In this document: piece after piece, positions 10,100 to 18,288 of the stretch | Layout of the letters: each line of letters opens with the position of its first letter | Numbering within the stretch: the first letter of the stretch is position 1 | Source of the DNA: Methanoregulaceae archaeon | GTDB taxonomy: Archaea; Halobacteriota; Methanomicrobia; Methanomicrobiales; Methanospirillaceae | DNA length: 64,000 nt | Assembly: GCA_021371995.1 (NCBI GenBank) | Contig: JAJFVA010000018.1 | Span: 38,511-102,510 of the forward strand | Direction: 5' to 3' | Program-made: the position numbers and the translations under genes | Notes under the pieces: generated by a model | Database searches by the model: none | Seen by the model: only the letters and a program-made list of their open reading frames with translations | What the model was told of the DNA's origin: nothing

Positions 10100-10174
10100 G
10101 GGCCCGTAGCTTAGTCCGGTAAGAGCGCCCGGCTCATAACCGGGCGGTCATGCGTTCAAATCGCATCGGGCCCA
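10100..10174 (+). tRNA. tRNA with a CAT anticodon: elongator Met or, more likely, tRNA-Ile2 (agmatidine-modified CAU)
   Basis: Acceptor GGGCCCG/CGGGCCC and anticodon arm CCCGG-CTCATAA-CCGGG. It does not have an initiator-type 5' end (not AGCGGG). It is very similar to tRNA-Ile(GAT) at 21682..21755. Confidence 0.85.
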
Positions 10175-10312
10175 TTCCCAGGGATTTTTCTGACATTTTC
10201 CTGCTCCGGCAGGATAATTCGTTCACCACTCCGTTTACGGATAAACACCTTCTTGAAAAAGCCCAGTGAATCATTTGTCTGACTCTGATTTTAACTGATA
10301 CCGGGCAGCACT

Positions 10313-11395
10313 TTGTATCGCAGAATATGGTTAAAAGATATCTGTCCTGAATGCAGAGGGTCTACTATGAAATGCCCTGTCTGTGGCGATGATTGTGTGA
10401 AAGAAGCACATGAGATCATCGGCCTGATCCCTGCTGTTTTTACACGGTGCAAGGATTGCCGAATGAAAATTCTTGATAAAAGTGTCCCCCCTCCCCATGA
10501 TGTGTATCATGGGCCCTGTCGCTGCGGGAAGCGTTTTATCGATGAAGTTTTTGCCCACGCATATACATTGCTGGTGAGGGAAGGGATATTCACCGGTAAA
10601 GAACCCCTCAGAGAGGTCGGGTCGCCCCTTCTGCATCCTGGTTATCCTGTTATCTCTCCACCGTTCCTTCCAAAGGATTCTCTTGTCCTCCTCTCCCGGT
10701 ATCCGGACAAAGCAGCGGCCCAGAAGATGGTCGATGAGATCCCGGAAATCCGCGGTGTTGTCAGGTCCGGGGATTTTATCCCCGGGATAGTTGACCCTGC
10801 CCTGAAAAGCACCCCCCGTTCTTATGAACTCCTGGCTGGTTGTGACGTAAGGGCGAACGTTTTCCCCACGAAAACGGGACCCGTGGTAATCTACCAGCAG
10901 CAATCAACAATACATATCGAATTTCCCCGCGGCTACAACCCCAAAATAAGTTCGGTTGAGGACCGGATAGCCAGAGTAAAGCCTGAATGGTTTGTTGATG
11001 CATGCTGTGGCGCCGGTACGCTGGGTATTACGGGCGCAAGACTGGGAGTCCCTCATGTGATCCTTAATGATACCTGGTATGCTGCTGCGTTCTGGGCTGC
11101 GTACAATACGGGAGTGAACCGCGAATTTTTCAGAATCGATGAAGTGAAAATTCACGCTGAATATGCGAAGATGGCAGAATACCCGGTCGGCGTGGAACCA
11201 GTATTGGTCGCTGAGACAAATGGAGCGCAGGAGATACGTGTTTACCAGGGCGATTTCCGTAAGCTTCACCAGGTCATCCCGAAAGTCCCGGTACTCGCCG
11301 TAATCGATCTCTTTGACAAATCAGACCGGGTTGCATCAGGGATGGTGATCAGGGAATGGATGGGACAGGTAAACGGCGAGGCATTTATCCCCTGA
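10313..11395 (+). CDS. conserved hypothetical: Cys-rich N-terminal zinc-ribbon region plus a SAM-dependent methyltransferase-like domain (Trm1-like motif layout)
   Basis: 360-aa ORF whose start could be the internal MKCPVCGDD at 10367. Several CxxC pairs are present (CPEC, CPVC, CKDC, CRC). The C-terminal half has FVDACCGAGTLGITGARLG..ILND, resembling a motif I / post-I arrangement. Confidence 0.5.
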   Translation: MYRRIWLKDICPECRGSTMKCPVCGDDCVKEAHEIIGLIPAVFTRCKDCRMKILDKSVPPPHDVYHGPCRCGKRFIDEVFAHAYTLLVREGIFTGKEPLREVGSPLLHPGYPVISPPFLPKDSLVLLSRYPDKAAAQKMVDEIPEIRGVVRSGDFIPGIVDPALKSTPRSYELLAGCDVRANVFPTKTGPVVIYQQQSTIHIEFPRGYNPKISSVEDRIARVKPEWFVDACCGAGTLGITGARLGVPHVILNDTWYAAAFWAAYNTGVNREFFRIDEVKIHAEYAKMAEYPVGVEPVLVAETNGAQEIRVYQGDFRKLHQVIPKVPVLAVIDLFDKSDRVASGMVIREWMGQVNGEAFIP

Positions 11396-11410
11396 GCTTC
11401 AGATACTATA

Positions 11411-11721
11411 TGGGGACTAGTCCGGGTGGTTCGGCGTCACCTGTCACCTGAAACCGTCGGTATGCAGGGGGCGAAGTTTGAGGAAGGCCGAGGCGGGCTT
11501 CGGGAGCCGGGAGTCTCCTGACGTTGAAACCTCGTCCCATGAGGTCGGTGGACAGGGATCAATGCTCCGGAGGGAGCGGCGACCTGCTGCTGCGGAGAAC
11601 GGTTCAGGCCCGGAAGGGAGCAGACTTACCGTAGACATTCGGCGCCCATGGGGTTGCGGGGCGGAGGAGGGGGTCTCCGGTGAACGCTGACACGTGCGGT
11701 CGACCAAGAACGTGTCCCCAC
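11411..11721 (+). ncRNA. signal recognition particle RNA (archaeal 7S RNA)
   Basis: About 310 nt. The 5' GGGGACTAGTCCGGGTGGTTCGGCG..CCTGT.ACC.GAAACC matches archaeal 5'-domain consensus as I recall it. The helix-8 motif CAGGCCCGGAAGGGAGCA lies at 11605..11622. The 3' GTCCCCA pairs with the 5' TGGGGAC. ORFs listed inside it (11444..11707, 11478..11690) are spurious. Confidence 0.85.
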
Positions 11722-11733
11722 TGTCGTATTATC

Positions 11734-12690
11734 ATGGCAAAAGTCACGATTATCGGGGCGACCGGCAATGTCGGAACATTTGCCGCGCATACCATAGCCG
11801 AGATACCTTATGTGAGCGAGATCCTCCTTGTTGGCCGGAAGGGGCGGGAGAACCTGCTCTGTGGCATAGCTCAGGATATGAAGGATGCATATGCTGCATG
11901 CGGGAATTACACTGAACTGAACTGGACGACTGACATTTCTGATGTTGCCGGTTCGGATATTGTAATCGGTGCTGCAGGAGCTGCCCGGCAGGTAGGACAG
12001 GACCGGCTCGACCTTGCCCTCGGCAACGCCCGGATTGTTGCTTCCAGTTCGCGCGATGTGGGCGAGCATGCTCCCGATGCGGTGATCCTGATGGTGACAA
12101 ACCCGGTCGATGTTATGACCTCGGTGGCACTCAGATATTCAGGACTGGAACCGTCCCACGTTTTCGGACTTGGTACACATCTCGATTCCATGCGGCTCAA
12201 GTCGCTCATAGCCTCGTTTTTCAAAGTCCATGTGAGCGAGGTGCACACCCGTATTATCGGTGAACACGGAGACAGCATGGTGCCGCTCTGGTCTGCGACG
12301 ACCATCGGGGGTATCCAGATCAGCAACCTGCCCGCATTCTCAGGTCTTCCGGTTGCCGAAATGGTCGAGACCGTGAAGACGAGCGGTGAACATATCATAA
12401 GGAGCAAGGGCTCAACAGTCTTTGGACCGGGTGAAGCGATCGCGACTCTCGTGAAGACTGTGCTTGGAAATGAGAACCGCATCCTGACCGTTTCTGCGTA
12501 CGTGAAGAGCGAAGTGCACGATATCGGAGATGTCTGTATTGGCGTTCCTGCCCGGATTAACCGCGGAGGCGCGTATCCTATATCGATCAAGATCGATCCC
12601 GATGAAATTGAGCAATTCCAGCAGTCTGTCGAAAAGATTCGCGGAATAACCAGTGAACTGATGAGACTTCTTGAAAAAGAGGATTTATAA
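11734..12690 (+). CDS. mdh: malate dehydrogenase (LDH/MDH superfamily)
   Basis: ORF 11680..12690 trimmed to ATG 11734 (MAKVTIIGATGNVGTFAAH), because the longer form overlaps the SRP RNA. It has an NAD-binding GxxGxxG-type N terminus and LDH/MDH family length. Confidence 0.9.
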   Translation: MAKVTIIGATGNVGTFAAHTIAEIPYVSEILLVGRKGRENLLCGIAQDMKDAYAACGNYTELNWTTDISDVAGSDIVIGAAGAARQVGQDRLDLALGNARIVASSSRDVGEHAPDAVILMVTNPVDVMTSVALRYSGLEPSHVFGLGTHLDSMRLKSLIASFFKVHVSEVHTRIIGEHGDSMVPLWSATTIGGIQISNLPAFSGLPVAEMVETVKTSGEHIIRSKGSTVFGPGEAIATLVKTVLGNENRILTVSAYVKSEVHDIGDVCIGVPARINRGGAYPISIKIDPDEIEQFQQSVEKIRGITSELMRLLEKEDL

Positions 12691-12718
12691 AGAGATAGTA
12701 ACGTGGCCGGCTGACTGT

Positions 12719-12976
12719 TCAGGTGAGCGTCAGTTCGATGATCTCTGCCCTCTCCACACCGTCAATCGCATTGATGTCTGCTTCCACAGTATCGCTCTCT
12801 CCCGCAGCATCACCGACAACCACGGCAATTTTCAGTGCTCTCAACCCAAACCCGATTGGCTCTTCCCTGACATCCATAAGGCCCGGCACTTTCTTTCTGA
12901 TCTGATCCGTGAGCATAGTGAGGTCAACCTCCGGCGACTCCGGCATGACGCGGAGGATGAGGGCCACGCTCCCCAT
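12719..12976 (-). CDS. ef1b: elongation factor 1-beta (aEF-1beta)
   Basis: 85 aa: MGSVALILRVMPESPEVDL..IGFGLRALKI..VDGVERAEI, the typical aEF-1beta pattern. Confidence 0.9.
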   Translation of the reverse strand: MGSVALILRVMPESPEVDLTMLTDQIRKKVPGLMDVREEPIGFGLRALKIAVVVGDAAGESDTVEADINAIDGVERAEIIELTLT

Positions 12977-12979
12977 CGT

Positions 12980-13138
12980 TCAGGGCCCCCCGAATCCGCA
13001 TTTCGGGCAGGTGTAAGGAATGCTCTGCTCCCTGCACCGTACACATCTCCGTATCTCATACCCGCATTTCGGGCATCCGAATTCAGCCGCACCTTCTTCT
13101 GCGAGGGGGGCGTTGCATGATGTACATTTCCTGATCAT
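12980..13138 (-). CDS. small Zn-ribbon protein (COG2888/DUF1610-type) conserved upstream of aEF-1beta
   Basis: Not in the ORF track because it is under 60 aa. My translation is MIRKCTSCNAPLAEEGAAEFGCPKCGYEIRRCVRCREQSIPYTCPKCGFGGP, with four CxxC pairs. Its stop lies 3 nt before the ef1b start codon. Confidence 0.7.
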   Translation of the reverse strand: MIRKCTSCNAPLAEEGAAEFGCPKCGYEIRRCVRCREQSIPYTCPKCGFGGP

Positions 13139-13189
13139 CTATTATTACACTCCAGATTATCGGTCCTTATATTATCTTACCTGAAGGAT

Positions 13190-13774
13190 TTAAAATCCGA
13201 TGGTCGTACCGGGTACCTTGCCGCCTTCAAGAAGAAGATCCAGACGCCCTGGAGCACGCCCGTTGACTACCATTGTCTTTACTCCTGAGGCAATCACATA
13301 CCGTATGAAACAGGGGTCTACGTCCTCTGTCGGGAGATCTCCTGCTATCCGGTCCTGTAAAATTCCTCCGGACCTGATTCCATCGACAGATTTGAGGAGG
13401 ATAAGCGGGAGTGAAAGGCGGGATGCAATCCACGCTGATATGGTATCGGAAGTAATATCCCAGGAACGGGGGAGTGGATCTGCACTCCTGAGCAGGGTAT
13501 AAGGAAGGAGCACTTCCACCCGGGAAGGAACCCGGAGAAACGTGATCGGGCGAACCCCTTTTGAAACGATATACCACCCCGTCTGCTCCATTGCTGCAAT
13601 CGCCATCCAGTGGGCGGCATCACCCGAAATACCGGTCTCCCGCACCAGATCTGCAAATCTCCCTCCGCCGGGCACGATGAGGACGGGCCGCCCTGATCGA
13701 TACAGCGATTGGATGATTAGCTCGAGGTGATCCATGAGGCTACCACCGAGCTTCACCACCATAGGGCCTTCCAT
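13190..13774 (-). CDS. mfnE: amino-acid-kinase-fold protein, probably the methanofuran-pathway kinase MfnE (COG2054-type)
   Basis: 194 aa with VVKLGGSLMDH..LIVPGGGRFADLVR..AHWMAI. This is a short archaeal AAK-fold kinase. The MfnE assignment rests on family recollection only. Confidence 0.55.
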   Translation of the reverse strand: MEGPMVVKLGGSLMDHLELIIQSLYRSGRPVLIVPGGGRFADLVRETGISGDAAHWMAIAAMEQTGWYIVSKGVRPITFLRVPSRVEVLLPYTLLRSADPLPRSWDITSDTISAWIASRLSLPLILLKSVDGIRSGGILQDRIAGDLPTEDVDPCFIRYVIASGVKTMVVNGRAPGRLDLLLEGGKVPGTTIGF

Positions 13775-13829
13775 AAGAAGAGGATGAAATTCACCAGTTT
13801 AATAACTTAAGGCTTCGAACTCAAGTGCT

Positions 13830-15500
13830 ATGCGCAGGCCCTGTTTTTTTCTATTCCTGCTCCTTATTTTCACACCCGCAACTGCTGTGCAGATCGTGGA
13901 ATTCTGCCCCGACCCGTACCTGGCCGGAGATCCGGATGAGTATATCGTTCTTTCCGGGTCAGGGAGTCTTGACGGGGTACTGGTATCAGACGGGGAAGGA
14001 GGATTCCGGTTTCCCCAGGGAAGTGAGATCCATGGCCAGATAACCATCGCCCGCAACAGCCCGGCTTTTTCCCAGACTCATGGGTACAATCCGGAATATG
14101 AATGGTATGACTATTCAGCTTCTGTGCCGGATGTAATCCAGAGCGGTATGTTCCAGCTGGCAAATGCCGGTGACCAGTTACAAGTGTATGACCATGGAAC
14201 CCTGATCCAGGAACTAGTCTGGCCCAGGGACTTTTACGCACGTCAGGGCCAGGTGCATTACTTTGAGAATGAAATCTGGGACCGGCGCATCCTGATGCTT
14301 GGCCAGTCACGTTTCGAAAGGGAAGAGTTCATTTCAGTGGATGGTGTCGCGTTTGTCTCCCCCGATTGCTCTCTCGCTATATATAAAGATATTGTGGGAT
14401 CCGCAGAGGAAGAGATACGGGTAAATGTGTATGAATTCTCCAGTCTCACAATGGCCCGCTCCCTCGTGGAAGCCTCCTGCCGCGGGGTCGATGTCGCAGT
14501 TCTTCTGGAAGGTGGTCCTGTTGGAGGCATCAGCGACGAAGAGAAAGAGGCTGTTGCAGAACTCTGCAGTGCAAAAATCCCGGTGACACTGATGGCAACG
14601 GGTAATACTGCACATCCACCATACCGGTTCGACCATGCCAAATACCTTATCATTGATCGCTGCCGCGTGCTTGTCACAAGCGAAAATTTCAAATCGAATG
14701 GATTTCCGGAAGAAGGGCTCTCCGGGAATCGCGGATGGGGAGTCGTTTTAGAGGATGAGGGTGTTGCCCGTTATTTCTCTTCCGTGTATACCCACGATTC
14801 CGCGGGCGGATGGTGCAGCCCGGCAGTGTTCAGTGATGGGAGCACTGAATATCCCAATACACGTGAGTACAGGACTGAATTCTTACCTTACCGGTTTGAA
14901 GACGCAAAGGCGGTCCCGGTAATCTCTCCTGACACAAGTTACCTCATAAGTGATATGATCACAGGTACGGAGGTCTCCCTTGATATCCAGCAGGCATACA
15001 TCACGAACCAGACTGATGGAACGTTCAATCCGTTTCTCGAAGAAGCTATCGGGGCGGCACGGAGGGGGGTGCGGGTCAGGATTCTCCTTGATTCATACTA
15101 CTATAACACGGAAGGGCCCGGGGACAATGACGAGATGGTCAGGAATATAAACCGACTCGCAGCAACAGAAAAACTTCCTCTTGAAGCCCGCCTTGCTGAT
15201 CTGGAGGCCGGGAATCTTGAAAAAATACATAACAAGGGGGTAATCGCCGATGGAAAAGCGGTGCTTGTAAGCAGCATCAACTGGAATGACAATTCACCGC
15301 GTTTCAATCGTGAGACCGGGGTAATCATCGAACATCAGGGTGTTGGAGCATATTTTACCCGTGTCTTTGAAAAGGATTGGGCAGCCTCTGAAATGAGCGG
15401 GAGACCCGCCGGACCTGACTGGTTTAAGATCAGGATTGCCATACTGGTTCTTTTCGTTCTTGGTATCCTTGCATATGTGAGGACGAAGACCCGGTTCTAG
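13830..15500 (+). CDS. exported, membrane-anchored phospholipase D-superfamily protein with an N-terminal lamin-tail-like (LTD) domain
   Basis: 556 aa with a signal-like N terminus and an LTD-like segment (VQIVEFCPDPY..DEYIVLSG..LANAGDQLQVYD). Two HKD motifs are present (HAKYLIIDRCRVLVTSENF and HNKGVIADGKAVLVSSINW). The C terminus is a TM helix. Confidence 0.8.
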   Translation: MRRPCFFLFLLLIFTPATAVQIVEFCPDPYLAGDPDEYIVLSGSGSLDGVLVSDGEGGFRFPQGSEIHGQITIARNSPAFSQTHGYNPEYEWYDYSASVPDVIQSGMFQLANAGDQLQVYDHGTLIQELVWPRDFYARQGQVHYFENEIWDRRILMLGQSRFEREEFISVDGVAFVSPDCSLAIYKDIVGSAEEEIRVNVYEFSSLTMARSLVEASCRGVDVAVLLEGGPVGGISDEEKEAVAELCSAKIPVTLMATGNTAHPPYRFDHAKYLIIDRCRVLVTSENFKSNGFPEEGLSGNRGWGVVLEDEGVARYFSSVYTHDSAGGWCSPAVFSDGSTEYPNTREYRTEFLPYRFEDAKAVPVISPDTSYLISDMITGTEVSLDIQQAYITNQTDGTFNPFLEEAIGAARRGVRVRILLDSYYYNTEGPGDNDEMVRNINRLAATEKLPLEARLADLEAGNLEKIHNKGVIADGKAVLVSSINWNDNSPRFNRETGVIIEHQGVGAYFTRVFEKDWAASEMSGRPAGPDWFKIRIAILVLFVLGILAYVRTKTRF

Positions 15501-15570
15501 GATACGCCAAATTATATTAAAAATTCAGCGAAAAAAATGAGTTACAAGAAGAATTCCGGAGCAGTAGCTC

Positions 15571-15876
15571 CTATCTCTTCATGGCACATTTGCAGATATC
15601 ACAGAGCGTTATGCCACTGTCTGAGCTTGTTACAGATAAAGCCCACCTGTCGATGAGAGAATCGAGTTCATGCGAGATCTCGACCCCTGAATCTCCCCGT
15701 TTCCTGCTCATATACTGGGATACTGCTGCACGGCTCACCCCAAGCATCTTTGCAGCATCACTCTGCGTCACTCCCTCACGCTGGACAAGGCGTGCCACCA
15801 TCTCAGCTCTCATTGCCGGAAGATACTTGCGTACCATAATATCGCAGACCATGATGTCGCAGCCGGCATTCTTCAT
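15571..15876 (-). CDS. HTH transcriptional regulator (COG2522-like) with a C-terminal Cys pair
   Basis: 101 aa with an HTH segment (VTQSDAAKMLGVSRAAVSQYMSRKRG) and a CDICKC tail. The true start is uncertain because of the tandem CDIMV-CDIMV duplication. Confidence 0.6.
   Translation of the reverse strand: MKNAGCDIMVCDIMVRKYLPAMRAEMVARLVQREGVTQSDAAKMLGVSRAAVSQYMSRKRGDSGVEISHELDSLIDRWALSVTSSDSGITLCDICKCAMKR
15833..15862. repeat. tandem 15-nt duplication (2 units, 13/15 identical) inside the 5' end of the regulator gene
   Basis: ACCATAATATCGCAG followed directly by ACCATGATGTCGCAG. On the coding (minus) strand it encodes CDIMV-CDIMV. Confidence 0.8.
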
Positions 15877-16103
15877 GCAGGCACCTGCTGGGGCTCTCGG
15901 TTCTGGTAGATGATCTGCCGTGCATCCCGGAAATTGAACTTCTCGATAATCAACTGGTTCTCCTTCAGCTTCTTCAGGGCATAGCGCACGGTTCGCGGTG
16001 CAAGGTTGCTCTTCCTGACTATTTCTTTGTGGGTCATCGCCCCGCCTTCATCAAGGAGATGCAGGACAGCCCTTGATGATGGGGGAAGGTTGACTTCTTG
16101 CAT
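15873..16103 (-). CDS. small winged-helix DNA-binding protein (MarR/ArsR-like)
   Basis: 76 aa: AVLHLLDEGGAMTHKEIVRKSNLAPRTVRYALKKLKENQLI. It overlaps the downstream regulator gene by 4 nt. Confidence 0.6.
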   Translation of the reverse strand: MQEVNLPPSSRAVLHLLDEGGAMTHKEIVRKSNLAPRTVRYALKKLKENQLIIEKFNFRDARQIIYQNREPQQVPA

Positions 16104-16171
16104 ACGATAGTGTTAACGCCGTTAACATATCAAACTGTCGATTATAAATCGCATCGGGACAAGGAACTTGT

Positions 16172-16543
16172 ATGCTTGTCCGGCAGGAACGTTTCGCCAT
16201 TGTCCTGCTTTGTGCCGTTTCGGTGACAATCCTTGCCGCCTCATTTATTCTCACGGGTACGGATAAAGCAGATCTTGCAGCTGAATACAGCCCTCTTTCA
16301 GATGAAGGAACCCTTGTCCATCTTCAGGGACAGGTTCAGGAGATTCGTACCACAAAGACAGGAGGCCATGTTGCTGCTTCAGTGAATGGTACTGCCGTGT
16401 TCATTCCGGCGGATGTTGCTGGAACGATTACCCTGCACCCCGGTGACCTGGTATCCCTGTATGGTATAGTGCAGACATACCGGGGGGAAAAGGAGGTAGT
16501 AGTAAATTCACCCGGGGATATCAGTATAAAGAATGCTCCCTGA
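16172..16543 (+). CDS. membrane-anchored OB-fold protein
   Basis: 123 aa with an N-terminal TM helix followed by an OB-like pattern (VHLQGQVQEIRTTKTGGHVAASVNGTAVFIP..GDLVSLYGIVQTYRGEKEVVV). Confidence 0.5.
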   Translation: MLVRQERFAIVLLCAVSVTILAASFILTGTDKADLAAEYSPLSDEGTLVHLQGQVQEIRTTKTGGHVAASVNGTAVFIPADVAGTITLHPGDLVSLYGIVQTYRGEKEVVVNSPGDISIKNAP

Positions 16544-16628
16544 AAACCAGGATCAGGACCCCATGATCAACCTTACGGGCTGTTATCCTGGAATTCACAT
16601 CAAAAACATTTACCAGGCTTTTCCTGTG

Positions 16629-17192
16629 CTATTCCGTGGTAACAGGCGGTTCTTCCTCTTCGATAACTTCAGATTTCTTTTTTATTATCGCGATGGCGAG
16701 GGATGCTGCCGCCCTCACCTTCTCATCAGGGTCATTGTTGGCTTTCTCTAGTGGGGCGAGAGCCCGTTCATCTCCAATGGACCCAAGAGCCCATGCCGCG
16801 TTTTTCCGCACCTGCTTTTTACTGTCATCGAGAAGTGCAATCAGCGGTTCAACAGCCCTCCGGTCCTTCAGCTTTCCCAGTCCTATTGCTGCGCCAGTCC
16901 TGAGCCAGGGCTCTGCTGAATTCAGTGCCCGCAGCAGAGGTTCGACAGATCTTGAATCCCCTATGGAACCAAGGGATTTGGCAGCAAGCCAGGCAACATC
17001 GACAAAGGGATCATCAAGTGCATCGATAAGTGGGTGTACTGCTGTCTGGTCACCGATAATACCGAGAGCCTCGGCTGCTTTCCACCGGGTATCAAGATAC
17101 GGGCTCTTTAATAGTTCGATATATCCCTGAATATTCCGTCTGCGGGCTTTTATATCGATAAACTCCGGCGCTTTTCCCGCATCTTCTGCCAT
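16629..17192 (-). CDS. HEAT-repeat (PBS-lyase-type) protein
   Basis: 187 aa with repeated units of the form R..AA.ALG.IGD..AV.PLI.AL.D. Confidence 0.75.
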   Translation of the reverse strand: MAEDAGKAPEFIDIKARRRNIQGYIELLKSPYLDTRWKAAEALGIIGDQTAVHPLIDALDDPFVDVAWLAAKSLGSIGDSRSVEPLLRALNSAEPWLRTGAAIGLGKLKDRRAVEPLIALLDDSKKQVRKNAAWALGSIGDERALAPLEKANNDPDEKVRAAASLAIAIIKKKSEVIEEEEPPVTTE

Positions 17193-17283
17193 CCCGCATC
17201 TCCAGTCAGCGGGGGTTGGTAATAAGATATATTAATTGTTTTGGTGTGAAGGGACGAAAAAAACTGGAATAAATCTGGTTAAT

Positions 17284-18120
17284 TCATGATCCCCGTATGA
17301 TATCAAGACCGACATCGAAATTACGGACACTATGGGTCAGGACACCTGCGCTGATCCTGTCAATCCCGGGAATGGCGTATGAGAGCAGGTTGGTCTCATT
17401 AATATTCCCTGAAACCTCGATGATAAGACTATCCCGTACGCCTGCATCCTCGCAAAGCCGGAGCGTCTCAATGACAAGTGCCGGGGTCATGTTATCAAGG
17501 AGCAGGATATCGGCACCGGCTTTTGCTGCAGACACCGCATCAGCCGGTGCAGAGACCTCGACCTCCACTTTCCGGTAACAGGATGTTTCCTTTGCTCTCT
17601 GTATTGCAGTCACCAGCGGCACAAGGGCAAGGTGGTTATCTTTGATCAGGACGCCGTCCGACAGGCTCATCCTATGGGGGTCTCCTCCTCCAAGTAATAC
17701 TGCCTTTTTATCAAGCAACCGCAATCCGGGGGCGGTTTTCCGGGTAGCCGAGATCCTGCAGGAGCAGCCTGAAGATCGGATCAGGGAGGACATTTTCCTC
17801 GTCCGGGTCGCGATACCACTCATTCTCCCGATGATATTCAGAGCAGTCCGTTCTACAAGAAGGATACCCCTGGCGGGCCCTTCAAGGGACAGGACAATGG
17901 TGCCGGAAACAACCTCGCTTCCATCGATGGAATTATCGAGAATTGTGGCACCAAAATGCATAAAAAGTACGGCAGCTTCGTTCAAGCCTGCGATTACCCC
18001 TCCCTCTCGTGCAGTTATGAAAGCACGGCACCGGATGTCTTCTAGCAGCGCGTCGCTCGTCACGTCCCCGAACGGGGCATCCTCCTTGATAAAAGAGAGA
18101 AGATAATCAGGATCAGACAT
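17284..18120 (-). CDS. nadC: nicotinate-nucleotide pyrophosphorylase (quinolinate phosphoribosyltransferase)
   Basis: ORF 17284..18258 trimmed to the internal ATG (MSDPDYLLSFIKEDAPFGDVTSDAL), the typical NadC N terminus. The rest reads as the TIM-barrel portion. Confidence 0.9.
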   Translation of the reverse strand: MSDPDYLLSFIKEDAPFGDVTSDALLEDIRCRAFITAREGGVIAGLNEAAVLFMHFGATILDNSIDGSEVVSGTIVLSLEGPARGILLVERTALNIIGRMSGIATRTRKMSSLIRSSGCSCRISATRKTAPGLRLLDKKAVLLGGGDPHRMSLSDGVLIKDNHLALVPLVTAIQRAKETSCYRKVEVEVSAPADAVSAAKAGADILLLDNMTPALVIETLRLCEDAGVRDSLIIEVSGNINETNLLSYAIPGIDRISAGVLTHSVRNFDVGLDIIRGS

Positions 18121-18288
18121 CCATTTCCCTCCTCCCCAGAGGGAGAACTGATACCATCGTTCCCTGTAACCGTGATGGCTCCTTTCCGTGACTCCTCTTT
18201 GCTGTATATCTTCCCTGCAGCGGAGAGTCACAGGCAGGTAATCCAGAGAATCTGCCATATCCCTGTGAGCAGTCCCTCATATGAAGAC

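Noticed and set aside
11444-11707. ORFs of 70-147 aa on both strands within 11444-12069 that overlap the SRP RNA.
   Set aside because: The region folds and reads as archaeal 7S RNA, with the conserved GGAA-tetraloop helix-8 motif. The translations are Arg/Pro/Gly-rich noise.
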